The position numbers were made by a program, and so were the translations under genes. This document shows positions 1 through 10,719 of a stretch of DNA of 64,000 nucleotides, piece by piece. A model generated the notes under the pieces. It had not been told where the DNA came from. It made no database searches and worked only from the letters and a program-made list of their open reading frames with translations. The stretch comes from Pseudomonadota bacterium (GTDB lineage Bacteria > Pseudomonadota > Gammaproteobacteria > JAKAQQ01), in contig DAHVLZ010000009.1 of assembly GCA_027320085.1 (NCBI GenBank), positions 256,001 through 320,000 on the forward strand, in the 5' to 3' direction. The first letter of the stretch is position 1; every line of letters begins with the position of its first letter.

Positions 1-952
1 ACTCCGCCGGGCCATTCGCGAGCGTGTCCAGTGGGATAACCGTCTTGACGACTCAGACATTGGTCGGTACTCCTATCCACCCTGGTGGCTCACTCTCATG
101 CGGAAAAGCTGGCCGGATGTTTGGCCGACACTGCTTTTGGCCGGGAATGAGCGGGCACCTATGACACTACGGGTCAATCTGAGCCGGATTTCCCGCGAGG
201 ATTACCTCCTGAACCTAGGGTCCCACGGGATTGGCGGAAGACAGGGCAAGATGGCGGCCACCGCCATTGTGTTAGACAGGCCACTTCCAATCGGGGAAAT
301 CCCTGGATTTCCAGAGGGACTAGTCACAGTCCAAGACGAGGCCGCCCAGCTCGCAGTGCCTCTTCTCGAGCCCCAACCCGGCATGCGGGTCCTGGACGCC
401 TGTGCGGCGCCGGGGGGCAAAACCACGCACCTCCTTGAGCACACTCGAGGTGACATTATCTTGGATGCTCTCGATCGGGATGCAGGACGCCTCAAAAAGG
501 TTCACGAAGGCATAGTCCGATGCGGATATACGGTCACCCGGCTCCTGGCAACTGATGCGCGAGAAACCGATCAGTTCTATCAAGGCATTCCCTATGACCG
601 AATTCTCCTCGATGCGCCCTGCACAGGCAGTGGTGTGGTTCGCAGACACCCGGACATCAAGATCACGAGGACCCTGCACAGCGTGAATCTCATCCGTGAC
701 CGACAACAGGCACTTCTTGAATCCCTGTGGCCTCTGCTCAAGAGTGGCGGGCGCCTGCTCTATGTGACCTGCTCTCTTTTTGAGTCCGAGAACGACGACG
801 TCATGGGTAATTTTCTTGAAGGACATAAAGATGCCCGCGTATTGGATTCTTGTCCCTCCGGGACACACCGGACCCGCTACGGCTATATCTCACTGACAGG
901 AGAATGGGATCAGGATGGTTTTTTCTTCGCAAGCTTGGTCAAATCAGGGTAG
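1..952 (+). CDS. rsmB: 16S rRNA m5C967 methyltransferase RsmB/Sun (5' truncated by window edge)
   Basis: Frame open from position 2 (LRR...YSYPPWW); motifs VQDEAAQ, VLDACAAPGGKTTH, ILLDAPCTGSG..RRHPDIK, LLYVTCS..EN; upstream of DUF4390-ntrY-ntrX. Confidence 0.95.
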   Translation, partial: LRRAIRERVQWDNRLDDSDIGRYSYPPWWLTLMRKSWPDVWPTLLLAGNERAPMTLRVNLSRISREDYLLNLGSHGIGGRQGKMAATAIVLDRPLPIGEIPGFPEGLVTVQDEAAQLAVPLLEPQPGMRVLDACAAPGGKTTHLLEHTRGDIILDALDRDAGRLKKVHEGIVRCGYTVTRLLATDARETDQFYQGIPYDRILLDAPCTGSGVVRRHPDIKITRTLHSVNLIRDRQQALLESLWPLLKSGGRLLYVTCSLFESENDDVMGNFLEGHKDARVLDSCPSGTHRTRYGYISLTGEWDQDGFFFASLVKSG

Positions 953-961
953 GCTAGACTT

Positions 962-1561
962 ATGTTGGGCTTTTTTGACCAAACTACCATGCATCTGGGC
1001 CCACACAGACGAGCACCCCTGCTCTGTGCACTCGCCGCTCTTGCGGGGCTGGCTAGTGCTCCTGTGTGGGGGCACGGCTTGACCATTCTGCGTGTCCGTG
1101 TCTTTCCTCAAAGAGCGGTTTACTACCTAAACGCCCACATGCACATTCACCTGAATCCTTCCGCCCGCCACGCGCTAAAAATCGGCATACCAATTGTCCT
1201 CAAGGTTGAGATTGCAATTAGGCGCCACAATGCCTGGTTTTGGCAGGGGCCAATCGCTCAGCTAACCCAGCGCTTTTCCATTCAGGATCATCTTGTAAGT
1301 GATCAAATCGTGGTTCAGAATCTCAATGGCGGAACCCGGGTCTATTTCCGGAAGATTCAGACAGCCTTGCATGCAATCGAAGTGATTCGCCATATCCCGG
1401 TGATTGACCGCAGCCTGCTCAAGACTAATCAGATCTATCGAATCCGCGTCAAAGCGGTACTTGACATCGAAAATATTCCTTCAAACTTGAAATGGATTGC
1501 GTGGATCTGGTCGAGCTGGCGGACTGCGAGCCGCGCTTACTCAGTCCTGGTTCGGCCATGA
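962..1561 (+). CDS. DUF4390 family exported protein
   Basis: Signal-like N-terminus; AL..GIPI and WFW motifs; conserved position between rsmB and ntrY; start may be ATG 989. Confidence 0.75.
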   Translation: MLGFFDQTTMHLGPHRRAPLLCALAALAGLASAPVWGHGLTILRVRVFPQRAVYYLNAHMHIHLNPSARHALKIGIPIVLKVEIAIRRHNAWFWQGPIAQLTQRFSIQDHLVSDQIVVQNLNGGTRVYFRKIQTALHAIEVIRHIPVIDRSLLKTNQIYRIRVKAVLDIENIPSNLKWIAWIWSSWRTASRAYSVLVRP

Positions 1562-3771
1562 AACGTTCGCTGTACCGAATCATTCTGACCATTGCCATCC
1601 TGATGCTTGTCGTGAGCCTTTACCTGCTTGCGGTCACGACCCGGAATACTGTGATCTTTGCCCGCCTGCATACCGCCCTACTAGTCCTTGTCTTGATCTG
1701 CATCCTGTTTCTTCTGGTCTTGATTGCCATTCATCTGAGCCTCCTGGTCCGGCAACTCAGACGCCACGTTCCCGGAGCTCGGTTGACAGCCCGACTTTTT
1801 GGGATCTTTACCCTGGTCGCTTTCATTCCCCTGCTTGTGGTCTATGCCTTTTCAATCCAATTTATCAGCCAAGGAATTGACAGTTGGTTTAATCTCCATA
1901 TTGGGCACAACCTACACAATGCGCTCTCTCTAAGTCGTTCAACACTGGACCGGCATCTCCGGAGTGTGCTGGAGAAATCCCACGCTGCTGCAACCACTCT
2001 TTCGAATACCAATCCTGCCATCCTGCCTCTCGTCATCTACGAGCTCCGTTCGGAGGTTGGTGCGTCCAGTCTGGTTCTTTATTCTGATCGAGGCCGCGTG
2101 ATTGCCTTCAGCGCATCGCAGATGGGTCCGTTGATTCCCCGGCAGTTTCACCAGTTTTTCTGGCTGCCTCCTAATCTTCGAACGAGTTATGTTGGATTGA
2201 CTCATCATCCCCACCACCCTTTTTATGCTCATGCTGTCGTACCTGTCATGAATCCACTGCCTTGGAAGCAGCCTTGGATTCTGGAGGCTCTGTTCCCGCT
2301 ACCCCAAAGGGAAAACCGCCTGACCCTTGAGGCCAGCCGATCCTATGCCCGTTATGAAGAGCTACGATTCTTGAGAACGCCGCTTGAAATGAGTTTTATC
2401 GTCACTTTAACTCTTGTCCTTCTTCTGAGTTTGCTGGCCGCAGCCAGTGGGGCCCTGTACGCGGCTCGGCGTATGGTGGCCCCCATCCAATCCCTCATTG
2501 AGGGCTTTCGCTCAGTTTCCCGGGGTGATCTACAGGTCACTGTCCCCGTGACAAGCAGGGATGATCTCGGTTTTCTGAGCCAATCTTTCAATGCCATGGC
2601 ACAACAATTGGCCGAAGCACAAAAGGCCGCTGAACAAGGCCAGAGTCTGGTAGAGCACGAACGCTCGCATCTGAGAACCGTCCTATCAGGGCTTACTTCC
2701 GGTGTTATTGCACTCAACTCCGAACTTCAAACCACAATTGTTAATGCGGCAGCCACCCAAGTTCTCGATATCATGAGCCATGAACTCCTGGGACACTCAA
2801 TGGGTAATTTTGCGGCATTGCACCCGGAGTTGAGCGAATTCGCTGCTGCCTGTATTGAAGGACACCAGGCGGCTACGCCTGATTTCCGTCGTGAAGTGAC
2901 GATCGGGGAAGGACCTCATCACCGTGTCCTGCTACTGCGAGCTGCGCCTCTAGCAGCCACTTCAACTGAGCAGACAGGAACTGTAATTGTGTTTGATGAT
3001 CTCACCATTCAACTCCAGGCCCAGAAAGATGCAGCATGGGGCGAAGTCGCGCGTCGCCTCGCGCATGAAATAAAAAATCCCCTGACCCCTATCCAGCTCG
3101 CCGCTGAACGGATCCAGCGCCGGGCCGCCGCTCTTGCCGATAGTGCCCAAGCCAGTGAGTTTTCTGGTTTGACCACAACGATCATTAACCAGGTCGATTC
3201 CCTTAAACGCATGGTAAATGCCTTCAGCGAGTACGCCAAAAGCCCGGAACTTCACATCAGTCGGTTTGATCTCAACCAGACGGTGCGTGAATTGGCTGAT
3301 CTGTACCGGGGACAACGCCACCCGTTTACCTTGGATCTCCACCTGAGCACGGGACCACTGATGATCGAGGCTGACCAAGCCCGTATCGTCCAGATACTCC
3401 ACAACTTAATCAAGAATTCCCTAGAAGCTCTCTCCTCAAAACCCACGGGCACGGTGATCGTCGCCACTCGTGCAGCCACTGATGTTGAGGCAGATGAGAT
3501 TGAGCTCACTGTCGAAGACGACGGCCCGGGATTTTCCCCCTCAATTTTAGAACATGCCTTTGAACCTTATGTTACAAGCAAGCGGCGAGGAACGGGCCTC
3601 GGGCTTGCGATTGTAAAAAAACTAGTTGAGGAACAGGGAGGTTATATTTATCTAGCCAACCGCCTACAGGGGGGCGCACAAATTACTGTTACCCTACCGA
3701 TTAGTGAATCAGGACGGGATCGTTCCTTACTTGCACTCGCACGAGGCTTACAGGGCCGGGAGATACCGTGA
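1558..3771 (+). CDS. ntrY: NtrY-like membrane sensor histidine kinase (HAMP-PAS-HisKA-HATPase)
   Basis: N-terminal TMs, IDSWF motif, AWGEVARRLAHEIKNPLTPIQLAAER H-box, DDGPG and GTGLGLAIV boxes; ATGA overlap with upstream stop. Confidence 0.9.
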   Translation: MKRSLYRIILTIAILMLVVSLYLLAVTTRNTVIFARLHTALLVLVLICILFLLVLIAIHLSLLVRQLRRHVPGARLTARLFGIFTLVAFIPLLVVYAFSIQFISQGIDSWFNLHIGHNLHNALSLSRSTLDRHLRSVLEKSHAAATTLSNTNPAILPLVIYELRSEVGASSLVLYSDRGRVIAFSASQMGPLIPRQFHQFFWLPPNLRTSYVGLTHHPHHPFYAHAVVPVMNPLPWKQPWILEALFPLPQRENRLTLEASRSYARYEELRFLRTPLEMSFIVTLTLVLLLSLLAAASGALYAARRMVAPIQSLIEGFRSVSRGDLQVTVPVTSRDDLGFLSQSFNAMAQQLAEAQKAAEQGQSLVEHERSHLRTVLSGLTSGVIALNSELQTTIVNAAATQVLDIMSHELLGHSMGNFAALHPELSEFAAACIEGHQAATPDFRREVTIGEGPHHRVLLLRAAPLAATSTEQTGTVIVFDDLTIQLQAQKDAAWGEVARRLAHEIKNPLTPIQLAAERIQRRAAALADSAQASEFSGLTTTIINQVDSLKRMVNAFSEYAKSPELHISRFDLNQTVRELADLYRGQRHPFTLDLHLSTGPLMIEADQARIVQILHNLIKNSLEALSSKPTGTVIVATRAATDVEADEIELTVEDDGPGFSPSILEHAFEPYVTSKRRGTGLGLAIVKKLVEEQGGYIYLANRLQGGAQITVTLPISESGRDRSLLALARGLQGREIP

Positions 3772-5099
3772 CCAAGCCGCGGATTCTTGTCGTCGACGAT
3801 GAGGATGACATCCGTCACCTGATCCGTGAGATTCTTGAAGAGGAGGGTTATGAAGTCAGTTTGGCGGGGAGTGCCGAGGAAGCACGTGAACTTCGCAGCC
3901 GTCATCTTTTTGAACTCGTCTTGCTTGACATCTGGATGCCAGATACAGATGGAATCTCTTTGCTGACCGAATGGAACCGGACTGCGCCGCTTCCTACGGT
4001 CATGATTTCCGGACATGGTTCGATTGAAACTGCAATGGAAGCAAGTCGGCTGGGTGCCATTGATTTCCTGGAGAAACCCATTTCGATCGCAAAACTTCTC
4101 CAGACCGTGGAGCGGTCACTGGAAAAGCCGATACGTCACACTACCGAAACGCTGCAGTCCATAGGCCCCGAGTTAGTCGGGAAGAGTGCCCTGATCCAAC
4201 ACTTGCGGCAGCGGCTTCAGTTGCTGGCCCCCATACATGCACCCGTTCTCTTTATTGGAGAACCGGGTTCGGGACGGGAAAGTTGTGCCCGCTGGTTACA
4301 CCAGATGCGAGGACAACGTGGAGCCTTCGTCCGCCTCCCAACCGACCCACAGGACGGGAAAAGCACTGGCCCCAGTGTTTGGATGGAGGAAGCTCGCTCG
4401 GGAACTCTGTTCGTCCCGGAAGTGACCGATCTGTCCACTGATGTCCAAGAATCACTCCTAGCCCTATTGAGCCACCTTGAGCGGGTTCCTGAGGGACGCC
4501 CCGATCTCATGGCTTCGGCACAACCTCATGTCCGAGATACCAAAAACCCAATGATCAACCGGGTTCTCTACGATACCCTGGCCGTGATGCTCATTGACGT
4601 ACCCCCGCTGCGGGACTATCGTGAAGATATCCCGGAACTCCTCAAACAGACAGTCAATTGGCTTGTGGATGCACGTCAGAGACCTTACCGGCGTTTCAGC
4701 ATTGCAGCCCAGAACCGCCTCCGCCACTATGACTGGCCGGGGAACCGAACTCAACTTCAGAATGTGGTCGAACAGCTCCTTGTAACAGGGGATGACGATG
4801 AAATCAGCCAGGAAGAAGTCGAGGAACGTCTAGCGCATGAAGTCAACAGTTCAGCACTGGGCTGGATGGGAACTGACTGGTTGGAACTTCCACTTCGGGA
4901 GGCTCGGGACCGATTTGAACGCCACTATTTCCAAGAGCAATTAAAGCTTTGTGAAGGTCGCATTGGCAGGCTTGCAGAGAAAGTCGGCATGGAACGAACC
5001 CATCTGTACAGGAAGCTAAGACACCTCGGAATTGATCCGACACGCTCTTCTGAGGAACCAGAGAGTACTCAGGCTGGACCGGAACGTTTGGCGCCCTAG
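3768..5099 (+). CDS. ntrX: NtrX-like response regulator (REC, degenerate AAA+, Fis HTH)
   Basis: ILVVDDE..LDIWMPD..MISGHG REC; GEPGSGRE Walker A variant; no GAFTGA; [11 protein letters not shown] and [14 protein letters not shown]; GTGA overlap with ntrY. Confidence 0.9.
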   Translation: MTKPRILVVDDEDDIRHLIREILEEEGYEVSLAGSAEEARELRSRHLFELVLLDIWMPDTDGISLLTEWNRTAPLPTVMISGHGSIETAMEASRLGAIDFLEKPISIAKLLQTVERSLEKPIRHTTETLQSIGPELVGKSALIQHLRQRLQLLAPIHAPVLFIGEPGSGRESCARWLHQMRGQRGAFVRLPTDPQDGKSTGPSVWMEEARSGTLFVPEVTDLSTDVQESLLALLSHLERVPEGRPDLMASAQPHVRDTKNPMINRVLYDTLAVMLIDVPPLRDYREDIPELLKQTVNWLVDARQRPYRRFSIAAQNRLRHYDWPGNRTQLQNVVEQLLVTGDDDEISQEEVEERLAHEVNSSALGWMGTDWLELPLREARDRFERHYFQEQLKLCEGRIGRLAEKVGMERTHLYRKLRHLGIDPTRSSEEPESTQAGPERLAP

Positions 5100-5680
5100 A
5101 CTCGGTCTGGGGGCCGAATCATATTCATGAGCTCCATACGGGAACTGGCGTTAGTCCTGAACTCACCCAGCATGACTGAGGTGACCGTCGCGGAGTGTTG
5201 TTTTTCCACTCCTCGCATCATCATGCACAAATGCTGAGCTTCAATAATGACTCCCACACCCAGTGCATCTGTGACGGAAAGCACGTTTTCGGCGATCTGT
5301 CGGGTTAGCTCTTCCTGAATCTGAAGTCGCCGGGCATAGATTTCGACGATCCGGGCGAACTTTGAGAGTCCCAAGATCCGTCCGTGCGGAAGATAAGCAA
5401 TATGGCACTTTCCAAAAAAAGGTAGGAGATGATGTTCACAAAGGGAATAAAGCTCAATATTCTTGACAACCACCATTTCCTCGCAGGATGAGGGGAAAAC
5501 GGCGCCATTAACGACGTCGTCCAGCGTTTCCGAATAGCCCCGGGTCAGATATTGAAATGCGCGGGCAGCGCGTTGTGGAGTCTGCTCGAGCCCAGGACGC
5601 TCCACATCCTCACCGACTAAGGCAAGGAGGGTCGTGTAAACCTTCGTCCAGGCAGAAAGCTGTGAGTCACGTGAATTCAT
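5096..5680 (-). CDS. folE: GTP cyclohydrolase I
   Basis: [46 protein letters not shown] motifs. Confidence 0.97.
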   Translation of the reverse strand: MNSRDSQLSAWTKVYTTLLALVGEDVERPGLEQTPQRAARAFQYLTRGYSETLDDVVNGAVFPSSCEEMVVVKNIELYSLCEHHLLPFFGKCHIAYLPHGRILGLSKFARIVEIYARRLQIQEELTRQIAENVLSVTDALGVGVIIEAQHLCMMMRGVEKQHSATVTSVMLGEFRTNASSRMELMNMIRPPDRV

Positions 5681-5815
5681 GTAGGTTCTCGCGCGTCAGT
5701 GGTTCCTGACTACCGGCTTTGCCAGGAACCCTCCCAAGAAGCTGGAATGATTATAAACTGGTGGAAGCTGGCCGCTGAGTAAGTTCTTCAACCCGCATAT
5801 TCCGGAGCTTTCTGC

Positions 5816-7102
5816 ATGACCCGTCTGGGCGAGCGTATAGATCACTATACGGAAGGTGCCGCGCTTGCAATCTTGGAAGGGCGGAGCCAGCGTCGTGGAA
5901 TGGTTCGACTCCTGCCTTTTATTGGTCCAGCGTTTATTGCATCGGTCGCCTACATTGACCCCGGCAATTTCGCCACGAACATCGCGAGCGGGTCCCAGTT
6001 TGGGTTTCTACTCCTTTGGGTTGTCATTGCTTCCAGTCTGAGCGCCTATTTTGTTCAAACTCTGGCAGCCAAGCTGGGCACCGTGAGCGGAAGAAACCTG
6101 GCCGAGCAGTGCCGTGAACGTTATCCACACTACTTGGTCCTGTCCATGTGGATCGGCATGGAAGCCGTCGCGATGGCGACCGACTTGGCTGAATTTATAG
6201 GGGCCAGCATTGCCTTCCATATGCTGTTTCCGGTCTCCTTGGCTGCTGCGGGTGGGTTGACCGCACTCTCTGCCAGCATCGTGTTGGCCGTCCAAGCTTA
6301 TGGGTTCCGACCCTTTGAGTGGGTCATCAGCGCCTTTGTCGGTTTCGTAGCCTTAGCCTACCTGATCGAACTGGGCATCGCTCGACCCGACTGGGCACGA
6401 ATCGGCTCTCACCTCCTACCGGCGACGATGTCCCATGCGGCTCTTTTCCTCGCGGTCGGTATCGTTGGGGCCACCATCATGCCACATGTGATTTTTCTCC
6501 ATTCGGCATTGACTCAGGACCGTGTCCGTGTTCGTGCAGCTGAGCACATCCGGCCACTGCTGCGCTTCCAATTCTGGGATATCTTGGTCGCCATGACTCT
6601 GGCAACGGCGACCAATGCCGCCATGTTGATAATGGCCGCAGTCGCTTTCCATGGTCATGGCATGGATGACGTGGTGGATTTATCTCAAGCCTATCGGACA
6701 CTCACACCGATTCTCGGTAGCGGTGCCTCGGTTCTTTTTGCCCTCGCCCTTTTAGCTTCAGGGATTTCAGCCACGACGGTAGGAACCTATGCGGGCCAGA
6801 TTATCATGCAAGGCTTCATCAATATTCGAACACCGCTCTGGATTAGACGCTCACTGACACTCGTTCCGTCCTTTTTGATTGTAGCGTTTTCAGGCTGGAA
6901 TCTGACTCATGTTCTCATCTGGACGCAGGTTTTGATCAGCTTCGGACTCCCGATTGCCCTCATTCCACTCATGGACTTTACTTCCAGACGAAAGGTGATG
7001 GGAGCTTTCGCCAATCGTCTGCTTTCATGGGGATTTGGCTGGGGTTTGGCTCTCTTCCTAATTGCTCTCAACTTGACGCTGATCGTGGTGACGTTTCGAT
7101 GA
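5816..7102 (+). CDS. mntH: Nramp family divalent metal (Mn2+/Fe2+) H+ symporter
   Basis: GPAFIASVAYIDPGNFATN and GATIMPHVIFLHS signatures; about 11 TMs. Confidence 0.93.
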   Translation: MTRLGERIDHYTEGAALAILEGRSQRRGMVRLLPFIGPAFIASVAYIDPGNFATNIASGSQFGFLLLWVVIASSLSAYFVQTLAAKLGTVSGRNLAEQCRERYPHYLVLSMWIGMEAVAMATDLAEFIGASIAFHMLFPVSLAAAGGLTALSASIVLAVQAYGFRPFEWVISAFVGFVALAYLIELGIARPDWARIGSHLLPATMSHAALFLAVGIVGATIMPHVIFLHSALTQDRVRVRAAEHIRPLLRFQFWDILVAMTLATATNAAMLIMAAVAFHGHGMDDVVDLSQAYRTLTPILGSGASVLFALALLASGISATTVGTYAGQIIMQGFINIRTPLWIRRSLTLVPSFLIVAFSGWNLTHVLIWTQVLISFGLPIALIPLMDFTSRRKVMGAFANRLLSWGFGWGLALFLIALNLTLIVVTFR

Positions 7103-8037
7103 CCCAAAACCAGTCAACCACCTATCGGCGGATTCTGGTTCCACTCGATGGATCTTCGGCAGCGGAAACCGTGTTGCCCTGGGTGGAGTGCATGGCCGGG
7201 TGGGGAAACTCCGAGTTGATTCTTCTTCATGTTCTTGAACCGCACGCACCTGTGCTGCGTCATGGGCAACCCCATTTGACACGACAAAGCGAGGCCCAAC
7301 GCTACCTTGAGGACCACCAGAAGCGACTTTGCGCAGAATCGTTCCGGACACGGATCAGGATCGTCCAGGATGGATCAGGTATGGATTTGCCTGGCCACAT
7401 GGTGCAAGTCGCACGTGATACCGGGTCAGGCCTGATCGCACTGTGTACACATGGACGGACCGATCCGGGTCGCTGGCTTTTCGGGTCAATTGCCCAGCGA
7501 CTCATGACGGCTGCTGACTTGGATATTTTTGTTCTGTCACCTGAAGGTATTCGTCGACCGGTGCAACCGGCTTTCAGACGTTTGCTGGTTCCCTTGGATG
7601 GTGAAGCCAGCCATGAGCAGGCACTCGTAAGAGCTGCGGACCTTGCCACCCAAACAGGAGCTGAGTTGGCGTTGATCCACATCGCGGAGACTCGACAGAA
7701 CCTAGACGGCTTCGAAGCAGTTCGTGCTCGACTGTCCCCGCGCACGTTTGATGCCCTGCTTGACGAATCCCGTCAGGAAATTGCGTTGTACCTGGAAGAA
7801 CGATCTGCAGTGTGGCGTGGACGGGGGCTCCGTGTTACCACGGCACTGCTTGAAGGCAATCCACGGGATCGCCTCGCAGAACTCGCATCAAATGGCAGCT
7901 ATGATCTGGTCGTACTTTCGAGTCACGGCCATCTTGTGTCCGAGTCGGTTCCGACCCCAGGATTTGCGCCTGCGTTTTCGTTGAAATCACCCATTCCCGT
8001 CTTGATCGTCCCAGCTGCCATTTCAGGTGTTCATTAA
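7099..8037 (+). CDS. Tandem-domain universal stress protein
   Basis: Two RRILVPLDG-type starts (YRRILVPLDGS, FRRLLVPLDG); THGR..FGSIA motif; ATGA overlap with mntH. Confidence 0.88.
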   Translation: MTQNQSTTYRRILVPLDGSSAAETVLPWVECMAGWGNSELILLHVLEPHAPVLRHGQPHLTRQSEAQRYLEDHQKRLCAESFRTRIRIVQDGSGMDLPGHMVQVARDTGSGLIALCTHGRTDPGRWLFGSIAQRLMTAADLDIFVLSPEGIRRPVQPAFRRLLVPLDGEASHEQALVRAADLATQTGAELALIHIAETRQNLDGFEAVRARLSPRTFDALLDESRQEIALYLEERSAVWRGRGLRVTTALLEGNPRDRLAELASNGSYDLVVLSSHGHLVSESVPTPGFAPAFSLKSPIPVLIVPAAISGVH

Positions 8038-8102
8038 CTTTGAATGCTCTCCCGTATGTTTGTCGTCTATAAATTATCTAAAAATCAATAATTTATAAAT
8101 AT

Positions 8103-8131
8103 TTGACATCAACGTAAAATGATGATATAGT
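8103..8131 (+). promoter_or_regulatory. Sigma70 promoter of the GntR/ABC operon
   Basis: TTGACA (8103-8108), 17 nt, TATAGT (8126-8131), with TG extended -10; AT-rich upstream element. Confidence 0.85.
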
Positions 8132-8143
8132 TAACTATAACAC
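8122..8143. promoter_or_regulatory. YtrA-subfamily GntR operator palindrome
   Basis: ATGATATAGTTAACTATAACAC with perfect 14-bp core TATAGTTAACTATA overlapping the -10. Confidence 0.75.
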
Positions 8144-8164
8144 CATAGTTGTTGGAGACTAAGC

Positions 8165-8506
8165 ATGTCCTCTTATGATCATCACATCGTATCCACCGAA
8201 CCCATCACACATGAAACTCCGGATTCTGCCGAACTTGTTTTTTTTGAACCTAGAGTTATACTTAAATACAACAGCAATTCAAACGGCGGAAAATCAGGAT
8301 TTTCATGGTGGAGATTATTCTCTTTCGTGACTCCCCTCGTGATCATCGGGCTGATCGGGTATTTCGGCTCATTCTCAACGGGCCATCCGGCAGATCCGGA
8401 AATCGCCCAGTTCACGGGTTGGGCACTGGCCATTTTGACTTACGCCACCCTACTTGTGACGAGTGGTTTGATGACGCTGGTCATGTGGGATTTTCACGAC
8501 GCCTGA
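8165..8506 (+). CDS. Small hypothetical membrane protein (2 TM)
   Basis: GGAG RBS; two hydrophobic helices; first ORF after the promoter. Confidence 0.65.
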   Translation: MSSYDHHIVSTEPITHETPDSAELVFFEPRVILKYNSNSNGGKSGFSWWRLFSFVTPLVIIGLIGYFGSFSTGHPADPEIAQFTGWALAILTYATLLVTSGLMTLVMWDFHDA

Positions 8507-8550
8507 TGCACCAGCCGATGGAACCCACCTGACCGGATGGAGAACGACCG

Positions 8551-8931
8551 ATGACCCGAGAGATCCAGTGGGACGACCGCGAACCCATCTACCGGCAACT
8601 TCGTGATCGAATTGCCGCACTGATCCTCGAACGGGGTGCGCCCGAAGGAACTCCTCTTCCTTCGGTCCGCTCCATTGCGGAGGATTTCCAGATCAACCCG
8701 CTCACTGTCCTCAAATCCTACCAGGCTCTGGTAGACGAAGGGGTTGTCGAAAAGCGACGCGGCCTCGGGATGTACCTCGCTCCGGGTGGTCAGGAACGAT
8801 TACTCGAAAACGAACGAAAACGCTTTCTGGACCATGATTGGCCGGATTTTGTAGCAACCATCCGTCGATTGGGTTTGGATCCCGAAGCGTTATGCCATTC
8901 CTTGACCAATCACCTTGAACGGGGAGATTGA
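8551..8931 (+). CDS. GntR family regulator, YtrA subfamily
   Basis: PIYRQL..LPSVR..INPLTVLKSY..RRGLGMY wHTH with short C-terminus; precedes an ABC ATPase. Confidence 0.92.
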   Translation: MTREIQWDDREPIYRQLRDRIAALILERGAPEGTPLPSVRSIAEDFQINPLTVLKSYQALVDEGVVEKRRGLGMYLAPGGQERLLENERKRFLDHDWPDFVATIRRLGLDPEALCHSLTNHLERGD

Positions 8932-8932
8932 A

Positions 8933-9790
8933 ATGCCGGTCCTTGTCGAAACACAGAGGCTTACCAAGCGCTACGGGAAAAACTGCGTTCTCGAGGAGAT
9001 CTCGATTAAGATCGACGAAGGCTCGATCGTAGGACTCCTGGGACCAAACGGGGCAGGTAAGTCGACCTTGCTCAAATGCCTGCTCGGTCTCATCCCCCAT
9101 GAAGGGCAGTGTCGAATCCTTGATCAGGATCCGAGACAGCATCGGGCACGCCTCATGCAAGAGGTGGCCTACGTGCCAGATCAGTCCTATCTTCCGTTGT
9201 GGCTGACCGTGGAACGGTTGCTCCAGCTGGTGGCTAACTTGCACCCCCGCTTTTCAGTAGCGCGGGCCCGACATTTCCTGGAAGGAACTGAGATTCGTGA
9301 TTCCCAAAAAATCTCCCAGCTCTCCAAGGGTACACGGGTCCAGTTGCATCTGGCGCTCACGCTAGCAATTGATAGTCATCTGCTTGTTCTGGACGAACCC
9401 ACGCTCGGTTTGGATATCACCCGACGTGCCGTCTTCTGGAAACAAATTTTGTCCGATTACTGTGACGGAAAGCGCACACTGATCATTGCCACCCATCTCA
9501 TGCAGGAGGTCGAACACCTGCTTTCCCATCTTGTCCTGATCGATCGTGGCCGGATTGTCCTGAATCAGCCGTTCGAGGGCGTTCTGGAGCGCTACTGCCA
9601 GGTCATTCCTCGCCCGGGCCAGGAAGCAGCATTGCGTGCTCTGAATCCAGTCAGTGAAGAACAAACTCTCGGACAACCTGTTTTTCTGTTCGACGGCCAT
9701 CCGAAGAGTGAGCTCGAACGATATGGAACCCTCCACCGTCCCAGCCTGGCTGAAATCTTTGAGACCGCGACCCGAAGGAGAGCTTCATGA
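8933..9790 (+). CDS. ABC transporter ATP-binding protein (YtrB-like)
   Basis: GPNGAGKST, LSKG signature, LVLDEPTLGLD, ATH. Confidence 0.92.
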   Translation: MPVLVETQRLTKRYGKNCVLEEISIKIDEGSIVGLLGPNGAGKSTLLKCLLGLIPHEGQCRILDQDPRQHRARLMQEVAYVPDQSYLPLWLTVERLLQLVANLHPRFSVARARHFLEGTEIRDSQKISQLSKGTRVQLHLALTLAIDSHLLVLDEPTLGLDITRRAVFWKQILSDYCDGKRTLIIATHLMQEVEHLLSHLVLIDRGRIVLNQPFEGVLERYCQVIPRPGQEAALRALNPVSEEQTLGQPVFLFDGHPKSELERYGTLHRPSLAEIFETATRRRAS

Positions 9791-10686
9791 ACACTTTCGC
9801 CTCCCGCATGATGACTCTGGTCCGGTCTGAACTATGGCAACGAGGAAATTTCCGCCGGCGATTGCTGATCATTTCCGGCATTTGGGTGTTTGTGGGCCTT
9901 CTTGGAACTGGTTTCATGTGCCTCTTCGCACCCGTTTTTTCCATCCGGGTCCGCCACGGCGTCACCGCACCTGACGGATCAGCCCTGCTTTTGATTGTTG
10001 GCGCGATTGTACTGGTGATCGCTTTGGTTCGGGTCCTCAGTTATTTTTTACACGCCCTTTTCGACGAGCGCCTGGACCGGAGCATCCTGTTTTGGCAATC
10101 ACTACCAGTTTCCGACACCGAACGGGTTGCAGCCAAGGCCGCAACGGGTCTCGTGGCCATCCCCTTACTCTCCTGGGCATCCGCCGTGGTGATCGCTCTG
10201 ATCACCCTTTTCTTCCTTAGCCTCTCGACCAGCCTGGTCGGCCATAACTTTTGGGGCAGTTTCTGGCAACCCGTATCACTGCTCTCAGTCATGGGATTCC
10301 TTGCGATATTTTTTCCGCTTTTCATGTTCTGGCTTTTCCCAGTGCTGGGCTGGTGCTTGTTTTGCTCGGCCTGGAGCAGCCCACGCCGTCGCAAGGGTGC
10401 TTTCCTGCTCGCGATTGGAATTCCACTCGTTCTATGGATTCTCGAACCCATCCTGATCGGGACGCACTACCTTGGAGACTGGTGGCAACTGCTGTTTACC
10501 CCTTTCGGTCGTATCTGGCACCTTGCATTTCTATCCATTGCCCACTGGAGAAACATGACGGGCTCGCTCTGGCCCACACTCGGCTGGATGCTCACCCGAC
10601 CTGAACTCTGGGTGGGTGGGCTTGTAGGGCTCGCCTTTTCCGCCTCCGCCGTCTACCTGCTCCATCGGCAGGAACCCCCCACCTGA
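9787..10686 (+). CDS. ABC-2 type permease
   Basis: About 6 TMs; DER.DRSILFW.SLPVSD motif; ATGA overlap with ATPase. Confidence 0.85.
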   Translation: MNTFASRMMTLVRSELWQRGNFRRRLLIISGIWVFVGLLGTGFMCLFAPVFSIRVRHGVTAPDGSALLLIVGAIVLVIALVRVLSYFLHALFDERLDRSILFWQSLPVSDTERVAAKAATGLVAIPLLSWASAVVIALITLFFLSLSTSLVGHNFWGSFWQPVSLLSVMGFLAIFFPLFMFWLFPVLGWCLFCSAWSSPRRRKGAFLLAIGIPLVLWILEPILIGTHYLGDWWQLLFTPFGRIWHLAFLSIAHWRNMTGSLWPTLGWMLTRPELWVGGLVGLAFSASAVYLLHRQEPPT

Positions 10687-10719
10687 GCCATTACCCATCT
10701 TCATAGGGAGAAAATCCAG

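Noticed and set aside
4230-4520. Missing GAFTGA loop in the NtrC-like regulator
   Set aside because: A degenerate AAA+ domain is usual for NtrX-type proteins.
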